This document shows, piece by piece, positions 12,705 through 24,535 of a stretch of 64,000 nt of DNA. Numbering within the stretch: the stretch's first letter is position 1; the number at the start of each line of letters is the position of its first letter. The translations under genes were made by a program, and so were the position numbers. The notes under the pieces were generated by a model. It had not been told where the DNA came from. It made no database searches and saw only the letters and a list, made by a program, of their open reading frames with translations. Source of the stretch: Selaginella moellendorffii (Eukaryota > Plantae > Lycopodiophyta); NCBI RefSeq assembly GCF_000143415.4, contig NW_003314327.1, positions 253,735-317,734 on the forward strand, written 5' to 3'.

Positions 12705-12899
12705 TTTCCTGCAAAACAGAACACAACAAACGCTACCGACGAGAGAGGAGAGATCTAAGCTCTACAAGAATGCACGCAATCAAACTAATCGAAACACTGG
12801 CCGATGAATCGCTTTGCGTCTTCCCGAGATCGCTGGACAATCACTTGCTTTGAGTCGCTTCGAGAGTGATTTTAGGGCTCTTCACAGGCGATGTATACA

Positions 12900-13145
12900 A
12901 AGGCTCCAACGGCACAATTTTCTGGCGGCGATCATCCCAACCGTGAGATATCTCTACGCTCATCACAGCCGTCTATTTAGATGTTTACAAACAAACAAAG
13001 GGTTGATTTAAGACCTATTTAAATAGGAAGGGTCAAATACTGTTCTAGGGCACCACGACCTAGAGCAAACCATCCTTTCGCCTTTATAGGATTCGAGGCT
13101 TAATATAGCGATGGTCACACCCGCATCAAAGTCAACCGTTGACCA
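12900..13145. promoter_or_regulatory. Candidate MSA (MYB3R-binding, G2/M) elements in the CDC20 promoter
   Basis: TCCAACGG at 12905-12912, CCGTT (AACGG on minus) at 13136-13140, and variant ACGG cores at 12941 and 12969. Confidence 0.55.
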
Positions 13146-13149
13146 AGCT

Positions 13150-13570
13150 CCTTGTCATGCTTGACGAGCCTGATGTGAAGCCTGGCACGTCATGGCTGGG
13201 TCTCGGATCGTCTTCCTTTTCTCGTCCAAAGGGAAGAGGCCGGAAGTAGGGAGTTGCACAAAGGGTATTTTCTTAACGTGGAAGGCGTGTAATGTATAAT
13301 CCAGTCCTTGATTGCATTCAAGCCTTTTGAGCCGAATCTAGATTCTACAAGGGTTGTCTCTAGGATACTCGTCAGGTGGTAGTGGCTGTTTACAACGTCC
13401 AGGTTACAAGTCCCGGGATTGTGCTTGCCGAAGGTGTTCTCATGTACTTCTGTGGTCCTGGTAGTAGCGTCGTGATGGTATATGACATCGACAAATGCTG
13501 CTGCTTCTGCCAGAAACTCTAGATAAACTAAGGAATAAGTAGAAATCGATTTGCTAGTTTGGAATGTTAC
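13150..13570 (+). pseudogene. Collapsed, multiply deleted copy of the 17828-18860 gene
   Basis: Colinear identity blocks such as cttgacgagcctgatgt, aatgtataatccagtccttgattgca, tatgacatcgacaaatgctgctg and ggataagtagaaatcgatt-like, separated by deletions. Confidence 0.85.
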
Positions 13571-15879
13571 TGAATAGAGGATATTAATCAATCAGGGAGT
13601 ATTGAAATAAAGCCAAGACCTTAATACAGCTTTCCAGTAGTGGCGATCTTTCCTCTGAACAGAGCAATAGTGAGAAAATTCTAGAACTAGAGCTCTAAAA
13701 CGTGATGTTAAACACGTCAAACTTTCATAAGGAAGATCAAGTAAACTTTTCTGTACTAATATCTAAGTATATTCTAGAATATTTTTCAATTCTATGGTTG
13801 TGATTTTCTAAACTTTTCTCTCAATTCACGTTTTTTATCACTAATGTTTAAATTAATCAGTAAGAAGACATGCATAGCAAAGTCTTGTGAAAGATAGTTT
13901 AATGGTGGCTGCTTCCGCAGTAGAATTCGGGGTTCATGGCTTGTATGGCTTGGTGCAGCCCTAGCATCATGTTGGCTGCGGGAGCCTCACAGTTTGATCA
14001 CATTGGCTCACTCAAGAGCCTTACTTCTGTATTATCTTCTTCTTCAAAGTTATTGATTTGTGTGGGTGTTTTAGAAGTTGCCAAAGATCCTGGAGTCATT
14101 AAGGTTTGTGGTCCCAACTAAGGACGTGCTGGCCATAATTCACAAGCTAGACAAGAGATATGATCCCGGGGAGCCACTGAAATGCTATGCACTGCAAAGA
14201 AAACAATAAATCCTTCTTCCCAAGTATAGTCCTCTTCTCCATTCAGGGGAAATGCATAATGCACTCTCTTAGGTGGCTACCCCTTTGCCACGCTCCCTCC
14301 GTGGCACTCCATGTCACGCCAGCCCTAAATATTTAAAGACTAAATTTAAATTAGTAACGTTAAATTTTAATTTTGTCATTAGCCAGTGAATGAGCTATGG
14401 CTTGGTTTAGGTATTTCCTTATTGTCCTTCTTATATTTTGTTTTTTATTTTTATCATTCTCTTTAGTATTATGGCTAGATTGGAATATATAAATCATGCT
14501 CAAGATAGTATTCTTACTTTTTCTGATCTTATTGAGAGAACTAATAATATATTAGAACAATCTTTAATTTATAGTAATGAAGTGGGATGCTTATGTAAGC
14601 AATGAGGTGGTATGCAAATCCAAATAGCCCCACCCTAAATAAAGGGGGGTGTCCCTCCATTCTTCAATTTGTCATGGATTCCAAACCTTCTTGTGGTGCT
14701 CCAGATCCTTCATCATCGTCATCAAAACCTGGGAGGAGGATAACAAACATACAATCAACTATCACAAGCCAAACTCCAGACTTGTGGCCAAAAGGCAATT
14801 TCCTCCTCTCAGCCACATAAGACATGAGACGGCTAAGTTCGAGCAAATGTATGGCAAAATGATGAGCAAGTACCAACCTAACTTAGGAAATGGTTGCCAC
14901 AGATTATACAACTCAAGGTCCAATGCAACCACTCACATAGCAGTGTTTTCAAACATAAAAAAAATGCCAAGGCTAGGTTAAAAATCATTAAGAAAAACCT
15001 GATACTTCTGCTTAAAATGTTGATCATAAATATTAGAATCCCAGGTAGTTAGAGCACCTTGTCCTCAGCTTTAGTAGTCTTACTTCTTTAGCTTCATCCT
15101 TCAGCCAGACATAGATTCACTCTTCTGATCATTTGGAAATGTACAGGTTCTTCCTTGCTCTTTGTTTTTTCTTCACTCACATGCCTTGTGTTTTACAAGC
15201 TCACTCAAGCATTGATGATCACATGCATCTTGGATTGTTGTGAGCTTCATAGCTGATCCTGCTAGATGGCAAGTCTCCTATTACTGGAGGAGTCAATATT
15301 AATCTAAGGATACTCTTATTAATGGTCTACATTCCAATTTCAATTATTTAGATTGATATCAGGCTATTATTTCTTTCCTTAAGGTATCTCCTTTCATTGT
15401 GGGGCAAGAGGGTAAGGAATATTCTAGGAATATAAACATTCTCTCTCTTGTAAGTAGCCACACCCTAACACACTCAAACATGATAAAATGTTCTAATGCT
15501 CTCCACAAATACTCATTCTTTGCCCTTGTGGGGCAGATGATTCACTTCCACTTTCCACTGGCACTATAGGCATCCAAAGAGAGCATCAACCAACAACTTA
15601 TGAATGCAATGGTTTTAAACAAAGAGGGTGAGGAATATTCAAGAATTAAATATCCTCTTTCTCACTTTCACACTTTCTAAGTGGCCACACCTTAATATGC
15701 AACTATAGTGGATTGCACCAGCTTTAAATGTGCAAAAAGTGTAAAGTGTACTTCTACTACTAATGCCAAATGTTAGCAACTGCATGAACTAGTAAAAACT
15801 CTAGAAAACAAAGTGGAAAAACTCGGGGGGGGGGGGGGGGTGGGAAGTTTGAAGACAGGAACCAGTAGCAATTTCAACA

Positions 15880-15965
15880 ATGAAATTGTGTTTGCTGAAG
15901 ATGGGTCATATATGTTCATGTATGACATCGACAAATGCTGCTGGTTCTGCTGGGAGCTGTATGAC
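15880..15965 (+). pseudogene. Short fragment of exon 2 of the 17828-18860 gene family
   Basis: EIVFAEDGSYMFM-YDIDKCCWF matches KIVLAEGGPYMFM...YDIDKCCWF. Confidence 0.75.
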
Positions 15966-16074
15966 CATCATGCCACACATCAGCTAATGCAGTCAAAACA
16001 ATGACCCAAAAGAACATTAGGTAAGTGATCTTTCATTGAAGCAAAAATGCTTCATTTCACACAAGATACTTTAT

Positions 16075-17520
16075 TTGAGGTTCTATTGCGTCCCCTTCTG
16101 ATTCACCACTCCACTTCAGAAATTCTTGAATATTCCTGTACTCTTGTCCTTGTCATTTCCTCCACTAAGCCAGTTTCTGCTTTGGTTCGAACCATAACGT
16201 AGAGCTAAAACATGTACCTAGATGATACTTGTCCATCTCCTCAATCTTCTTGATAAAGAGATGTAACTGTGTGCCAGTACTCAAAATAAATTCAACACAA
16301 AATAGTCTCATACTGAGAACAACAGGAGTAAGTTCACGAAGTTTTATAAACCATAAAGTTGGTACGTATTACTCTACAGTTCTCAATACCCCCTCTCTTT
16401 TTAGTAACCTCTCAACATAAGACAGAACTCGCAACTTCACTGCCTGGATGAAAATAACAAAGAATGGCAAGTGAAATAATAGGTTTGAAGTAAAAAAACA
16501 CTACAAACATCAGTTCCATGTGGCCAAGATCACGGTCTGCACCTCAAAGTGATCATGCACGAATCAAACATAAAAGGCTTACAATGTAAAAACTCAAAAT
16601 TGACATAAACAGTTGCACCTTGAGAAGCTAGAGTCTCGCATGGACCGTAGAGTCGTATAAAGCCAGTAAATGAGAGAGAAATACTGACTTTGGTGGTTTC
16701 CGTGTGAAGAGTGAAGCTGCCAACTTCCCTCGTTGCTGCATGCTGAAAGCAGTAGCTTCACTTGGCCTACCATGAGAGGTCCCCAGGCAAGAGGACGAGG
16801 ATACTCTGCCGGATCGCAGCCATATATGCTCAATCTTTGCTCAAAGTATCGGTCCCAGTCTTCCTTCGACAAGTCTACAGCCTCCATCTTGTAACACTCG
16901 ACAACTCCGCGTTCAATCTCTCTCAGCTCCTCCAGTTCGCTGCTAGGATGCGATTCGACTTGAGATATGCGGTTTCTGATGAAGGCCAGCGCAGTCGCAC
17001 AGGCAGGCCCCTGAAGATACATATAATGTGAGAACGAAAACAAGGCAAGCACATAAAAATACCTCGTCCCGAAAATTCAAGGCCCCAAGCATGCTTACAG
17101 CTGCTCGACGAGTGAAAAAGTTACGCTTCGCCAGCCGAGCTCGAGAGCAGCTCTGGCGCTATCTTTGTCCTTGAAGTCAAGAAAAGAGTCCCATGATGAA
17201 GCCATCGCGGCTGGTTCATCTTCCCATTTTGCACGTGTTGGAGGTGTGGCTCGAGAGACTGTGATCACACTTCGTAGAATGACCTGAGCGAAGCATACAA
17301 GTCGACGGATCTCAGCTGACGCGCTAGCAGTCAAAGCTTCAATGTCATGGAGGTTGTTGCAGCGGGAGCCGTAAAGAATGAAAAACACTCGGCTTCACGG
17401 AGATCGTCCTCAGCTAGCATGACTAACTCATCCTCCACCTTTTTAGCTTTCAAGTAGTGCCTGCCATTCCCATGTCGATCTCTTATACAAACCTGACCGA
17501 GGTCCAAGCATTCTGCCTGG
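16075..17520 (-). pseudogene. Degraded duplicate of the unknown gene at 20599-22444
   Basis: Near-identical peptides (YMYLQGPACATALAFIRNRISQVES, VEDELVMLAEDDLREAECF) with deletions and frameshifts; the 5' end is replaced by an ABCA fragment. Confidence 0.85.
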
Positions 17521-17529
17521 TTCTGGCTA

Positions 17530-17761
17530 GAGATGCCACTGGAACACACATACACCCTCAGGTAAATGCCGGCTCTCTCATCAGCGTATCGACCATCTTC
17601 TGGATCACAAACAGCAGCAACCACAGAAATGCCGGAAGCATTCGTCTTCCAGCTTTCGCTGCTGCGGAAGATCTGAGAATCCAAACCCTGGAATGCATTT
17701 TACCTGGAACACGAGATTCTTCGCCATGAGCGACATTGGCGCGCACCCGTCATTCTCCATA
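17530..17761 (-). pseudogene. Inverted copy of the 5' end (ATG, exon 1, intron 1, part of exon 2) of the ABCA gene at 24536
   Basis: Reverse complement matches 24536-24845: ATGGAG(A/G)ATGACG, LMAKNLVFQ|gtaaa, IQKMVDTLMREPAFT. Confidence 0.88.
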
Positions 17762-17827
17762 CTTAAGCTAAAGTTCACCCTTAAATTTGTATCAACCCTT
17801 TCTCGTAGGCTACTAAGGCAATTCAGC

Positions 17828-18860
17828 ATGTCACGGGTTTCACAGGTAGGAAATTCCTCTCCAGTAATTGTATTTGGACCCTCCCTTGGTGATAAATCCT
17901 ACAATGGCGCAACGCTGGTTAGCTCTCTGCACGATGTGGTCCGGCTGTATGGTACGAGAACATGGCTCGTGGTTACTCTATTCGACAGCGAGAATGATAT
18001 GTTATGGTGCCCTAGAACAAACGATCTTGTCCGGCTTCCAAAAGAGCAGGATCTCTTTTATCTGGGCAAAGAATATAACAGCTACGCTCATACCTCTCGA
18101 GCTGGGTATGGCTTCGTCTCCTATGATTCCTGCATCAAAGTCAAGAACCCGCTGACTGGCCGCCTTGTTACGCTTGACGAGCCTGATGTCAAGCCTGATG
18201 GGGTTGACATGGACTACGCGGTTGACCGTGACGGTGAATTCTACGTCATGGCTGGGTTTCGGGATCGTCTACCGTTTTTTCTTTATTCGTCCAGGACAAA
18301 GAGGTGGGAGAGTAGGGAGTTGCCAATCAAGGACAAAGGTTCTTTTAACGAGGGCGAGGGTATGGATGGGTGCTCGTGGATATCGAAGAACTACCTTGGA
18401 AGGGTTGCAATGTATAATCCAGTCCTTGATTGCACGCGATTCGTTGAGCTTTTTGAGCCTCCTCCGAAACGTACATCCGTAGAGGCTAAATACAAATTCT
18501 ACAAGGGTTGTCTCTACCTCTTTTATGTTCGTTGGGATACTCGTCTGGTGGTAGTGGCTGTTTACAACGAACTCAAGTTATGGCAGAAGTAAGAATATTT
18601 AAAGATCTTCCTATATCGATATCTCACCCTTTGAGAATTCTAACAGGTTGAGCCAAGTTACATGTCCCCGCTTCAACGAAAAGATTGTGCTTGCCGAAGG
18701 TGGGCCGTATATGTTCATGTACACCTTCAGCTTCTGTGGTCCTGGTAGTAGCGTCGTGATGGTGTATGACATCGACAAATGCTGCTGGTTCAGCCGGCAA
18801 CTCTGTGACGTTATGGGGATACATGCCTACATTCCAAGCTATCTCAACTGGACCAACTAA
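17828..18860 (+). CDS. Unknown protein resembling an F-box-associated/kelch-type beta-propeller, with no recognisable F-box; two exons
   Basis: Open exon 1 to the gtaag donor at ~18589, exon 2 at 18648-18860. Beta-strand motifs VKNPLTGRLVTL, LYSSRTKRWE, AMYNP and VYDIDKCCW resemble plant F-box substrate-binding domains. Three further degraded copies occur nearby. Confidence 0.6.
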
Positions 18861-19029
18861 GGGATAAGTAGAAATCGATTGACTAGTTTGGAATGTTCTG
18901 CCACTGGAAAAGATAGCACACAAATAAAGTTATCGAATTATGAAGAACACATGTTGTGCTTGTACGGGTCCACAACTTGGTGTGTACAGAAGCACACCTT
19001 ATCATCGAATGCTCTTACAACACGGTTAG

Positions 19030-20007
19030 AGATCTTACAGTCTCCGTTGCGCCACCGGCTCTTGTTCCTCCCTGCCCTGCCCGGCCCTCAAGCCGTGCCC
19101 AATCCAGTGGGAGACACTCTTGTGCCTCATTTCCAAGTCGGCGCTATTCCCGTTCCAATTTCCCGTGCCCTAATTCCCGCTCCTCTTCCCGCCAGAACAA
19201 CGGCAAGCCAACCGCCACGGCTGATTCAGACCATGCTCGCAGCTGTACAAGACCTGAAAGTCTTGTGGAGACTTTACTCGCTGGAGTGAGGAATATCACC
19301 GCAATTCCAAGCATCAAGCTTAACTTAAGCCAGACCACACTCTCTGGCGCTACAAAGGCTACTCTGGCTGGCCTTGACTACACCTTTGCTCCTGTTGTCA
19401 AGCTGACAATAATTCAAACATTGCTTGCGCTTGCCGCAGCAGAGAATTGGCACGTTCGCCAGATGGATGTAAAAATAGCTCCCTGTTTCTCAGGACATCT
19501 TGCAAAGGTTCTCCATGGATAAATCCTCTCCTGCTGTGATGCCTATGGTAGCAGGTCTGAAACTCTCAAAAGATCAGTTTCTTTCTACAGATAAAGAGCG
19601 GAGTGAGATGGCCCGAGTCCCTTAACGCAGCGCCGTTGGATACCTGGTTGTGTGTACACGCCCAGACTTTGCTTTCTCTGTAAGCTTGGTGAGCAGGTTC
19701 TACCTTGGCAAACATTTAAACGTAGTTTTTGGTACGTACGACATACATTTTCTTATCTCTATACAAGCTTGCAAGCATTTAGTTAGTGACTCTAACTGGG
19801 CTGGCTGCCTGCCGAGATTCTCGACGGTCCTTTTTTCTAGCCTTCACAATGCAGCTCTTTCCTGGAGCAGCAAGACGAGCCGAGGCGGAGTACATTGCGG
19901 CTAGTTCCCTATGCAAAGAGGCCACCTGGCTTCGCCGCGGCTATTCCTTTTCCAGCCCAACACCAATCTACTGCAGCATCGCCTTCATCGCAAGTAAAAC
20001 ATTTTAA
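19030..20007 (+). mobile_element. Ty1/copia LTR retrotransposon relic, highly deleted
   Basis: RT motifs GLDYTFAPVVKLTIIQTLLALAAAENWHVRQMDVK and CTRPDFAFSVSLVSRF; RNase H motifs SDSNWAG and AEAEYIAASSLCKEATWLRR. Confidence 0.9.
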
Positions 20008-20019
20008 TGTTAAACACAG

Positions 20020-20490
20020 ATGAATCCTATAAAGTCACATGTATATGGTATGAAACATGCTCGTGGTTTCTCTATTCGAAAGCTGGAATGAGATGCTCCT
20101 AGGACAGACAATCTTGTCCGGCTTCCAGAACACTCGCGAAAGCTGTTGACAAGGCCTATGCGGTTGACTGCCTTGGTGAATTCTACGTCATGGCTCCTAT
20201 ACCCGGATCCTTTTTCTTTACTCGTCCAGAGCAAAGAATCGAGGACAAAGGGCATTCATTTAGGTTTGCTCGTTACCTTGGAAGGCTTGCAATGTATAAT
20301 CCAGTCCTTGTGTATGCGATTCTTCAAGCCTTTCAAGCCCAATGTAAACGCTTCATACCAATTATACAAGTGTCAACTCTATGTCAAGGTACAACGAGGA
20401 GCTTAAGTCATGGCAGAAGTAAGAATAAGCACACTTTGTGAATTCATATTGAACCAGATTATAAGTCCCAGCTAGGTGGGCCGTATGCTC
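20020..20490 (+). pseudogene. Another collapsed copy of the 17828-18860 gene
   Basis: Identity blocks such as cttgtccggcttcca, ggtgaattctacgtcatggct, gcaatgtataatccagtccttg and tggcagaagtaagaata. Confidence 0.85.
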
Positions 20491-20598
20491 ATTGTTCATC
20501 GATCACAAAAACTACGGTCATCTGCTCTAAGGGATCAGGCTATGTTAATTGGTTTTAACCGACAAAAAGGCAAAAGCAAACTCAGAAACATGTCATTT

Positions 20599-22444
20599 TC
20601 ACGCAAGAAACTTCAGCTGAGGTTCCATTGTGTCCCCCTCTGATTCACCACTCCACTTCAGAAATTTTTCAGTATTTCCATACTCTTGCGCTGCCTCGTC
20701 GTTTCCTCCAGCTTCACCCACCCTAAGCCAATATGCCAGTTTGTGCTTTGTCTCGTACCATAGCGTAGAGCTAAAACAGGTACCTAGCGCGTGAGGGCTA
20801 GTATGATACTCATCCATCTCATCAATCTTCTTTATGAAAAGAGGTACCTGTGTGCCAGTAGTCAAAATAAATCGAACACAAAACAGAAAGTCACGCAACC
20901 CACCTTCAAACGTGAGCATATCGGATTACTAACAGGATAGACGCAGCCTTTTTCTGGAAGTCGCATACTGAAAATAGGAGGGGAGACATGAGTAAGTCCA
21001 CTAAGTGTTTAAAAACCATAAAGGTGATACTTACTACTCTGCAGTTTCCAATACCCCCTCTCTTTTCAGTAGCCTCTCAACATAAGAAGGAACTCGCTCC
21101 TGAAAACCAACTTCTGACTTGAGTGCCTGAATGGAAATAAAAATGAATGGTTAAGTAAATAATAAGTTTGAAGTAGAAAAAACACCACAAACCTCTGTTT
21201 CTATCAGTTCCATGTGGCCAAGATCACGGTCTGCAGAAAAAAACACCTCAAAGCGATCATGCACGAATCAAACATAAAAGACTTACAATGTAAAAACTCG
21301 AAATTGACATAAACTGGGAGTTGCACCTTGAGAAGCCAGAGTCTCGCATGGACTGTAGAGTCGTATAAAGCCAGTAAATGAGAGAGAAATACTGACTTTG
21401 GTGGTTTCCGTGTGAAGAGTGAAGCTGCCAAACTTCCCTCGTTGCTGGATGCTGAAAGCAGTAGCTTCACTTGGCCTACCGTGAGGGGTCCCCAGGCAAG
21501 AGGGGGAGGATACTCTGCCGGATCGCAGCCATATATGCTCAAGCTTTGCTCAAAGTATCGGTCCCAGTCCTCCTTCGACAAGTCTACAGCCTCCATCCTG
21601 TAACACTCGACAACTCCGCGTTCAATCTCTCTCAGCTCCTCCAGTTCGCTGCTAGGCTGCGATTCGACTTGAGATATGCGGTTTCTGATGAAGGCCAGCG
21701 CAGTCGCACAGGCAGGCCCCTGAAGATACATATAACGTAAGAACGAAACAAGGCAAGCACATAAAAATACCTCGTCCCGCCCGGGTAGCGTCACAAAATA
21801 TAATGAGCGGACAAGTTGTTTGACGATGTCAAGCAACGGGCTCGAGCTCTCACTGATCACCAAAAAGTTAGAAAGTTAGAAAGAAAACTTGAAGGCCGCA
21901 ATCATGCTTACAGCTGCTCGACGAGTGAAGAAGGTACGCTTCGCCAGCCGAGCTCGAGAGCAGCTCTGGCGCTATCTTTGTCCTCGAAGTCAAGAAAAGC
22001 GTCCCATGATGAAGCCATCTCTGGTGGTTCATTTTCCCATTTTGCACCAGTTAGAGGTGTGGCTCGAGGGACTGTGATCACACTTCGTAGAATGACCCGA
22101 GCGAAGCATACAAGTCGACGGATCTCAGCAATCGAAACCGACGCGCTAGCACTCAGAGCTTCAATGTCATGGAGGTTGTCGCAGTGGGAGACGTAAAGAA
22201 TGGCCAGGAAGTAGAAGAGGTCGGCATCGTAAGCCTCCGGGCGCCAGTAATCGGTACCCCAAATAGAAGTAGCAGCGTGAAAACACTCGGCTTCACGGAG
22301 ATCGTCCTCAGCTAACTTGACTAACTCATCCTCCACCTGTTTAGCTTTCAAGTAGCGCAGCGCCTGCCATTCCCCTGCCGATCTCCTATACAAACCTGAC
22401 CTCGGGTCCAAGCATTCTGCCTCTAGAAGCCGATCTATCGCCAT
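20599..22444 (-). CDS. Unknown multi-exon protein, apparently intact; no family recognised
   Basis: Long open exons 22444-21912 and ~21853-21286 plus small downstream exons with GT-AG sites that join in frame; last exon ends EPQLKFLA*; the paralog at 16.1-17.5 kb preserves the exon structure. Confidence 0.65.
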
Positions 22445-22777
22445 AGGTTAGGGCTCTTCACCAAAGCCGAAATTGCCTCTTGCTTTATATAGTAGCTTCC
22501 CTTTCATGTGTAAGCCCTACATTCCAAGTTATTAGTTTGGAATATACTTCTGTTCTGTCAACTTTATGAAGATCGTACTATATCTAAAGTTATCAGAGTT
22601 CTAGATGAATTCTATGACGTGATAGAGGGGTCCAGTACCCTACGCACACCAGGTTTCTGTTACAAGTGGTCTCCAGATAAACACTTACATAAACTTAGAA
22701 ATCACTATTCTCCTGTTATGGGGTCCACAACTTAGTGTGTACATAAGCACATCTTATCATCGAATGCTCACAGCACC

Positions 22778-24253
22778 ATGTTTCGTGTAGGGTTGCAAGT
22801 GGCCTCCAGATCTTTCTCGTCCGCGGCACCTGCTAAGGTAAGCTAGAAAAGATTTAAAAGTTTCTCACGGGCTCTATGATCAAACCCAGAAGCTCAAGGT
22901 TGTAGGAGTTTTCTACAAAGGAGGAGAGCATGCTGCCAAAAACCCCAAATTTATTGGGAATGTTGAGAATTGCCTGGGAATTCGGCAGTGGCTCGAGGAT
23001 CAGGGCCATGACTACATTGTGACTGATGACAAAGAGGGCCCAACTTGTGGTAATTTCTTGTTATAACATTTATTGGAGCACATAGCGACATTTTGATTCT
23101 GGTTTTGGTTTTGGCTAGAGCTGGAGAAACACATCCCAGACATGGATGTGCTAATCACCACACCATTCCATCCCGGCTACATGACTGCCGAGCGGATCCA
23201 AAAGGCCAAAAACCTCAAGCTAGCACTCACTGCAGGGATTGGCTCTGACCACATTGACTTGACGGCTGCCTCCAAGGCTGGCATCACAGTCGCAGAAGTC
23301 ACAGGTAGCTGACTGGGCTTTTCGACTCTGACCCGACCATCAAACACGGTCTTTGCATTGACGATCTCCCAGGGTCAAATGTGGTCTCGGTTGCGGAGGA
23401 CCAGCTCATGCGTGTCTTGATCCTTCTGCGCAACTATCAGAATGGGTGGACCCAAGTCAACGCTGGCGGCTGGGACGTTGCAGAGATCGTTTCAAAGGCC
23501 TACGATGTGCAAGGCAAAACCATTGGCAGTGTGGGAGCTGGAAGAATTGGGTACCATTTGCTCAAGCGTCTCAAGGTATTAGTTTTAACGAAGTCTTAAA
23601 GCTCGCCACCTTTGTTACATCCATGCAGGCGTTCGATTGCAACCTTTTGTATTACGATCGGGTGGCCATGCCCAGTGACAAGGAGAAAGAGACTGGGGCG
23701 ACGCGCGAGGCCGACTTGGACACAATGCTGGCCAAGTGTGACGCGGTGGTGATGAATGTGCCGCTGACTGAGAAAACCAGGTAATGATATATGCTGAAAG
23801 AAACGATCATACGTTAGTTTTCTTTGTGACATTTGTGACAGGGGATTCTTCAACAAGGACCGCATAAGCAAAATGAAGAGAGGTGCGGTTTTAGTGAACA
23901 ATGCGAGAGGAGCCCTCATGGATGCCAATGCGGTGGCGGAAGCGTGTAAATCTGGACACCTTGGAGGTCTCTCTTTTCTTCTATTTTTCTGCTGTGATTT
24001 TGTTTGATCTTGGGAACTTGATCTAGGCTACGGTGGCGATGTTTGGTACCCGCAGCCTCCTCCGAAAGATCACCCATGGCGATCCATGCCAAACAACGCA
24101 ATGACTCCTCACGTCTCTGGATCGACGCTCGACGCCCAGGCTCGCTACTCGGCCGGCGTCAAGGAGATGCTCCGCCGCTACTTTGTTAACGAGGAATTCC
24201 CTGCGGATTATTACATTGTCAAAGACGGCAAGATCGCACCCCAGTACTTATAA
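22778..24253 (+). CDS. FDH: NAD-dependent formate dehydrogenase, mitochondrial
   Basis: Presequence [15 protein letters not shown]; motifs [62 protein letters not shown]; ends APQYL* at 24253. Confidence 0.95.
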
Positions 24254-24276
24254 ATTCTCAAGTGATGCAAAAACAA

Positions 24277-24360
24277 ATAATAATAATAATAATAATAATA
24301 AGAAGAAGAAGAAGAAGAAGAAGAATAAGAAGAATAATAAGAATAAGATATTATTATTAT
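24277..24360. repeat. Compound (AAT)n/(AAG)n microsatellite in the FDH 3' region
   Basis: aataataataat...agaagaagaagaag...tattattatt, read directly. Confidence 0.9.
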
Positions 24361-24535
24361 GAATTCTCATATTTAAATTTAAATTAGTGTAAATAAACAG
24401 CCTTATCATACTTAAACCTCGGAATATCTGTTCAACAGAAAATGTGTCCTAGAATATGCTCGTGGTGTTTTAGACTGGCCATTCTTTCCCGGGCAACCGC
24501 TGGAAAGAGGGCGAGGGTGAGGGTGCCCCGCGGCT

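Noticed and set aside
13700-15850. AT-rich tract with short ORFs and a G16 run at 15825-15840
   Set aside because: Probably degenerate TE sequence, but no diagnostic motif was recognised.
22778-24253. NADP-specific or horizontally acquired FDH
   Set aside because: It keeps the Asp in LLYYDR typical of NAD-specific enzymes and has plant-type sequence, introns and presequence.
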